Shown in pieces: positions 62,385-64,000 of a stretch of DNA of 64,000 nucleotides. A program made the translations under genes and the position numbers. Position 1 is the stretch's first letter; every line of letters starts with the position of its first letter. The notes under the pieces were generated by a model that saw nothing but the letters and a program-made list of their open reading frames with translations, was not told the origin of the DNA and did no database searches. Origin of the DNA: Scyliorhinus canicula (lineage: Eukaryota); the NCBI RefSeq assembly GCF_902713615.1, contig NC_052148.1, positions 202,565,294 to 202,629,293 on the forward strand, written 5' to 3'.

Positions 62385-63430
62385 TGATTATTCAAGTCCC
62401 ACTCCAGGATCCGAACACAAAAATCAAGGCTGCCACTCAAATGCATTACTATACCAAGGGAGTGCTGCACTGTTGAAAACATCATCCTTCAATGGAGGCA
62501 TTAAACTGAGATTCTGCTTGCCCCCTCAGGTGAATGTAAAAGATCCCATGGTAATATTTTGAAGAAGATAAGGGGTATCTTGGTCAATATTTATTCCGCG
62601 TTCAATATAACAAAAACAACGGGAGGATTCTCTGTTCTCCGACGCCGATTTTGTAGTCACCGATTGGGCGGAGAATCCCTTTTGACGCCAAAATCGGGGG
62701 CACCGCCTGTTTGACGCAGGTTTTGTATGCTCTGCCCCCTCCAAAATGGCGTCATTGTGTCGCGTGCCACACATCATTGGGATGGCATTAGCGCGTCATC
62801 TGAAGGCCCTCCCCCGATGCTCCGCTCCCGATGGGCTGAATTCTTGCTCACACGATTGACGTGTGGTCTCAGTGGTCGGGAGCCCGGCATGGCGGCTGCG
62901 GACTGTGTCCAGTGCTGCTGGCCGGGGGGGGGGGGGGGGGGGGGGGGGGAGGGGGGGGAGCTTCCACGAGGGCTGGTGGAAGGGGTGGCCAAGAGGTGGC
63001 CGGGGGGGGGGCATTTTCTGGCAGGTTGGGTCTGCGCACACCGCGCCATATTTTATGGCGCGACCACTGCAGGTCGCCGCCGTGTGCATGCGTGGCCACG
63101 CTGGCCGTTCTCCAGCCATTTATATTGCTGGAGCCGGGAGCTTTACAATGCGTGGCTGCTAGCCCCTCACCGGTCGCAGGGTTGGTGAGAGGGCGCCATC
63201 GATTTTTTCATGTAAAACGCCACAGATCCTCGGCACTTAGGCTCAAAATTGGAGAATCCAGCCCAATGTACCTGGTTGTTATCACTTTGCTTACTGTCTG
63301 TGGGAGGATTGCTGTGCACATATTTGCAACAATAAAACAATGACTACACTTCAAAAGTACTTCATTAGCTAAAGGGTGTTTTGGGATCTGTTGTAATCCT
63401 GAAAAGTGCTGAATAAATGTCTTTGTTTTC
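62385..63430 (+). mobile_element. Deu-domain SINE (SacSINE1/AmnSINE1-like) with L2-like tail, split by a MITE
   Basis: gggagtgctgcactgt...gtaaaagatcccatgg...gaagaaga, then ttcaaaagtacttcatt. The family assignment is from recalled consensus only. Confidence 0.65.
62621..63264. mobile_element. PIF/Harbinger-type MITE
   Basis: TIRs gggaggattctc / ggagaatccagccc, flanks aac/aat, internal poly-G tract. Confidence 0.82.
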
Positions 63431-63489
63431 TTTCATTCCAGTGCACTCCTGGCCAATCTCCCACATTCTGTCCTCCATAAACTCAAGGT

Positions 63490-63900
63490 CATCCAAAGCT
63501 CTGTTGCCTGTGTCCTTGTTCACCCCGTCCTTGCTCCAGGGCATACAGCTCACAATTTTTAAAATTCTCTTCTTTGGTTTCAAATCCCTTCATAGCCTCC
63601 CTCGTCATCGCTGTCATCTTCTCCAGCCTCACAGTCCTCTGAGATATCTGCACTCACCAAATTCTGGCCTCTTGTGCATCATTGACTGCCTTTAGCCCGG
63701 ATCCGAGAATTCCCTCCCTAAACTGTTCCACCTCTCTAAACCTCTTTCCTCCTCAAACCCCTTTGACCAACCTTTTGGTCATCTACCCTAATATCGCTTT
63801 GTGTGGCTCGCCTAGGTGTCACATTCTGCTTTATAATTCTCGTGTTCAGTGGGTAATGATTATGTGAAAGGCTTGTTATAAATATGAGTTGTTTTGTTGT
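63490..63900 (+). mobile_element. L2-type LINE 3' end
   Basis: FKILFFGFKSLHSL...LLQPHSPLRYLHS, with tail tgtgaaag...tataaatatgagttgtt. Confidence 0.7.
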
Positions 63901-64000
63901 TGAGTCTCATCCCACCCCCTCTGCTGCTGCTTCTCACCAGAGGTCACTGGTTAATGGTCAAGAGCGGGAACCCGGGGTAATTCATCTCTGACCCAGATTA

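Noticed and set aside
1314-63267. Apparent 2-bp rather than 3-bp TSDs around Harbinger MITEs (agt/agc, acc/aca, aac/aat)
   Set aside because: Two of the three mismatches fit CpG decay, and other copies have perfect 3-bp TSDs (ATT, TAT), so ordinary Harbinger behaviour explains them.

Overview
This is eukaryotic, repeat-dense intronic or intergenic DNA. The repeat families (HE1-type V-SINEs, CR1/HER1 LINEs, a Deu-domain SINE) point to an elasmobranch, probably a catshark; that assignment is inferred. I recognise no intact host protein-coding gene, rRNA, true tRNA or CRISPR array. The window is a mosaic of nested transposable elements: CR1, L2 and L1/Tx1 LINE remnants, at least five SINE types, PIF/Harbinger transposase and Myb fragments with CpG-rich MITEs, Penelope-like elements (PLEs), solo LTRs, and two full-length copies of one compact Gypsy family (38401-43692 minus, 56473-60947 plus). 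Three signals stand out. (1) This Gypsy family has no tRNA primer-binding site. The sequence just after the 5' LTR is instead the reverse complement of the LTR's own poly(A)-signal segment, with two compensatory base changes between the copies, which suggests self-priming. Both copies also carry YLDN in place of YxDD in RT. (2) Minimal hammerhead-ribozyme motifs occur in PLE termini and in three fold-back mini-elements of about 196 bp with TSDs, from two PLE families. (3) Modular SINEs share heads but appear to use different LINE partners.
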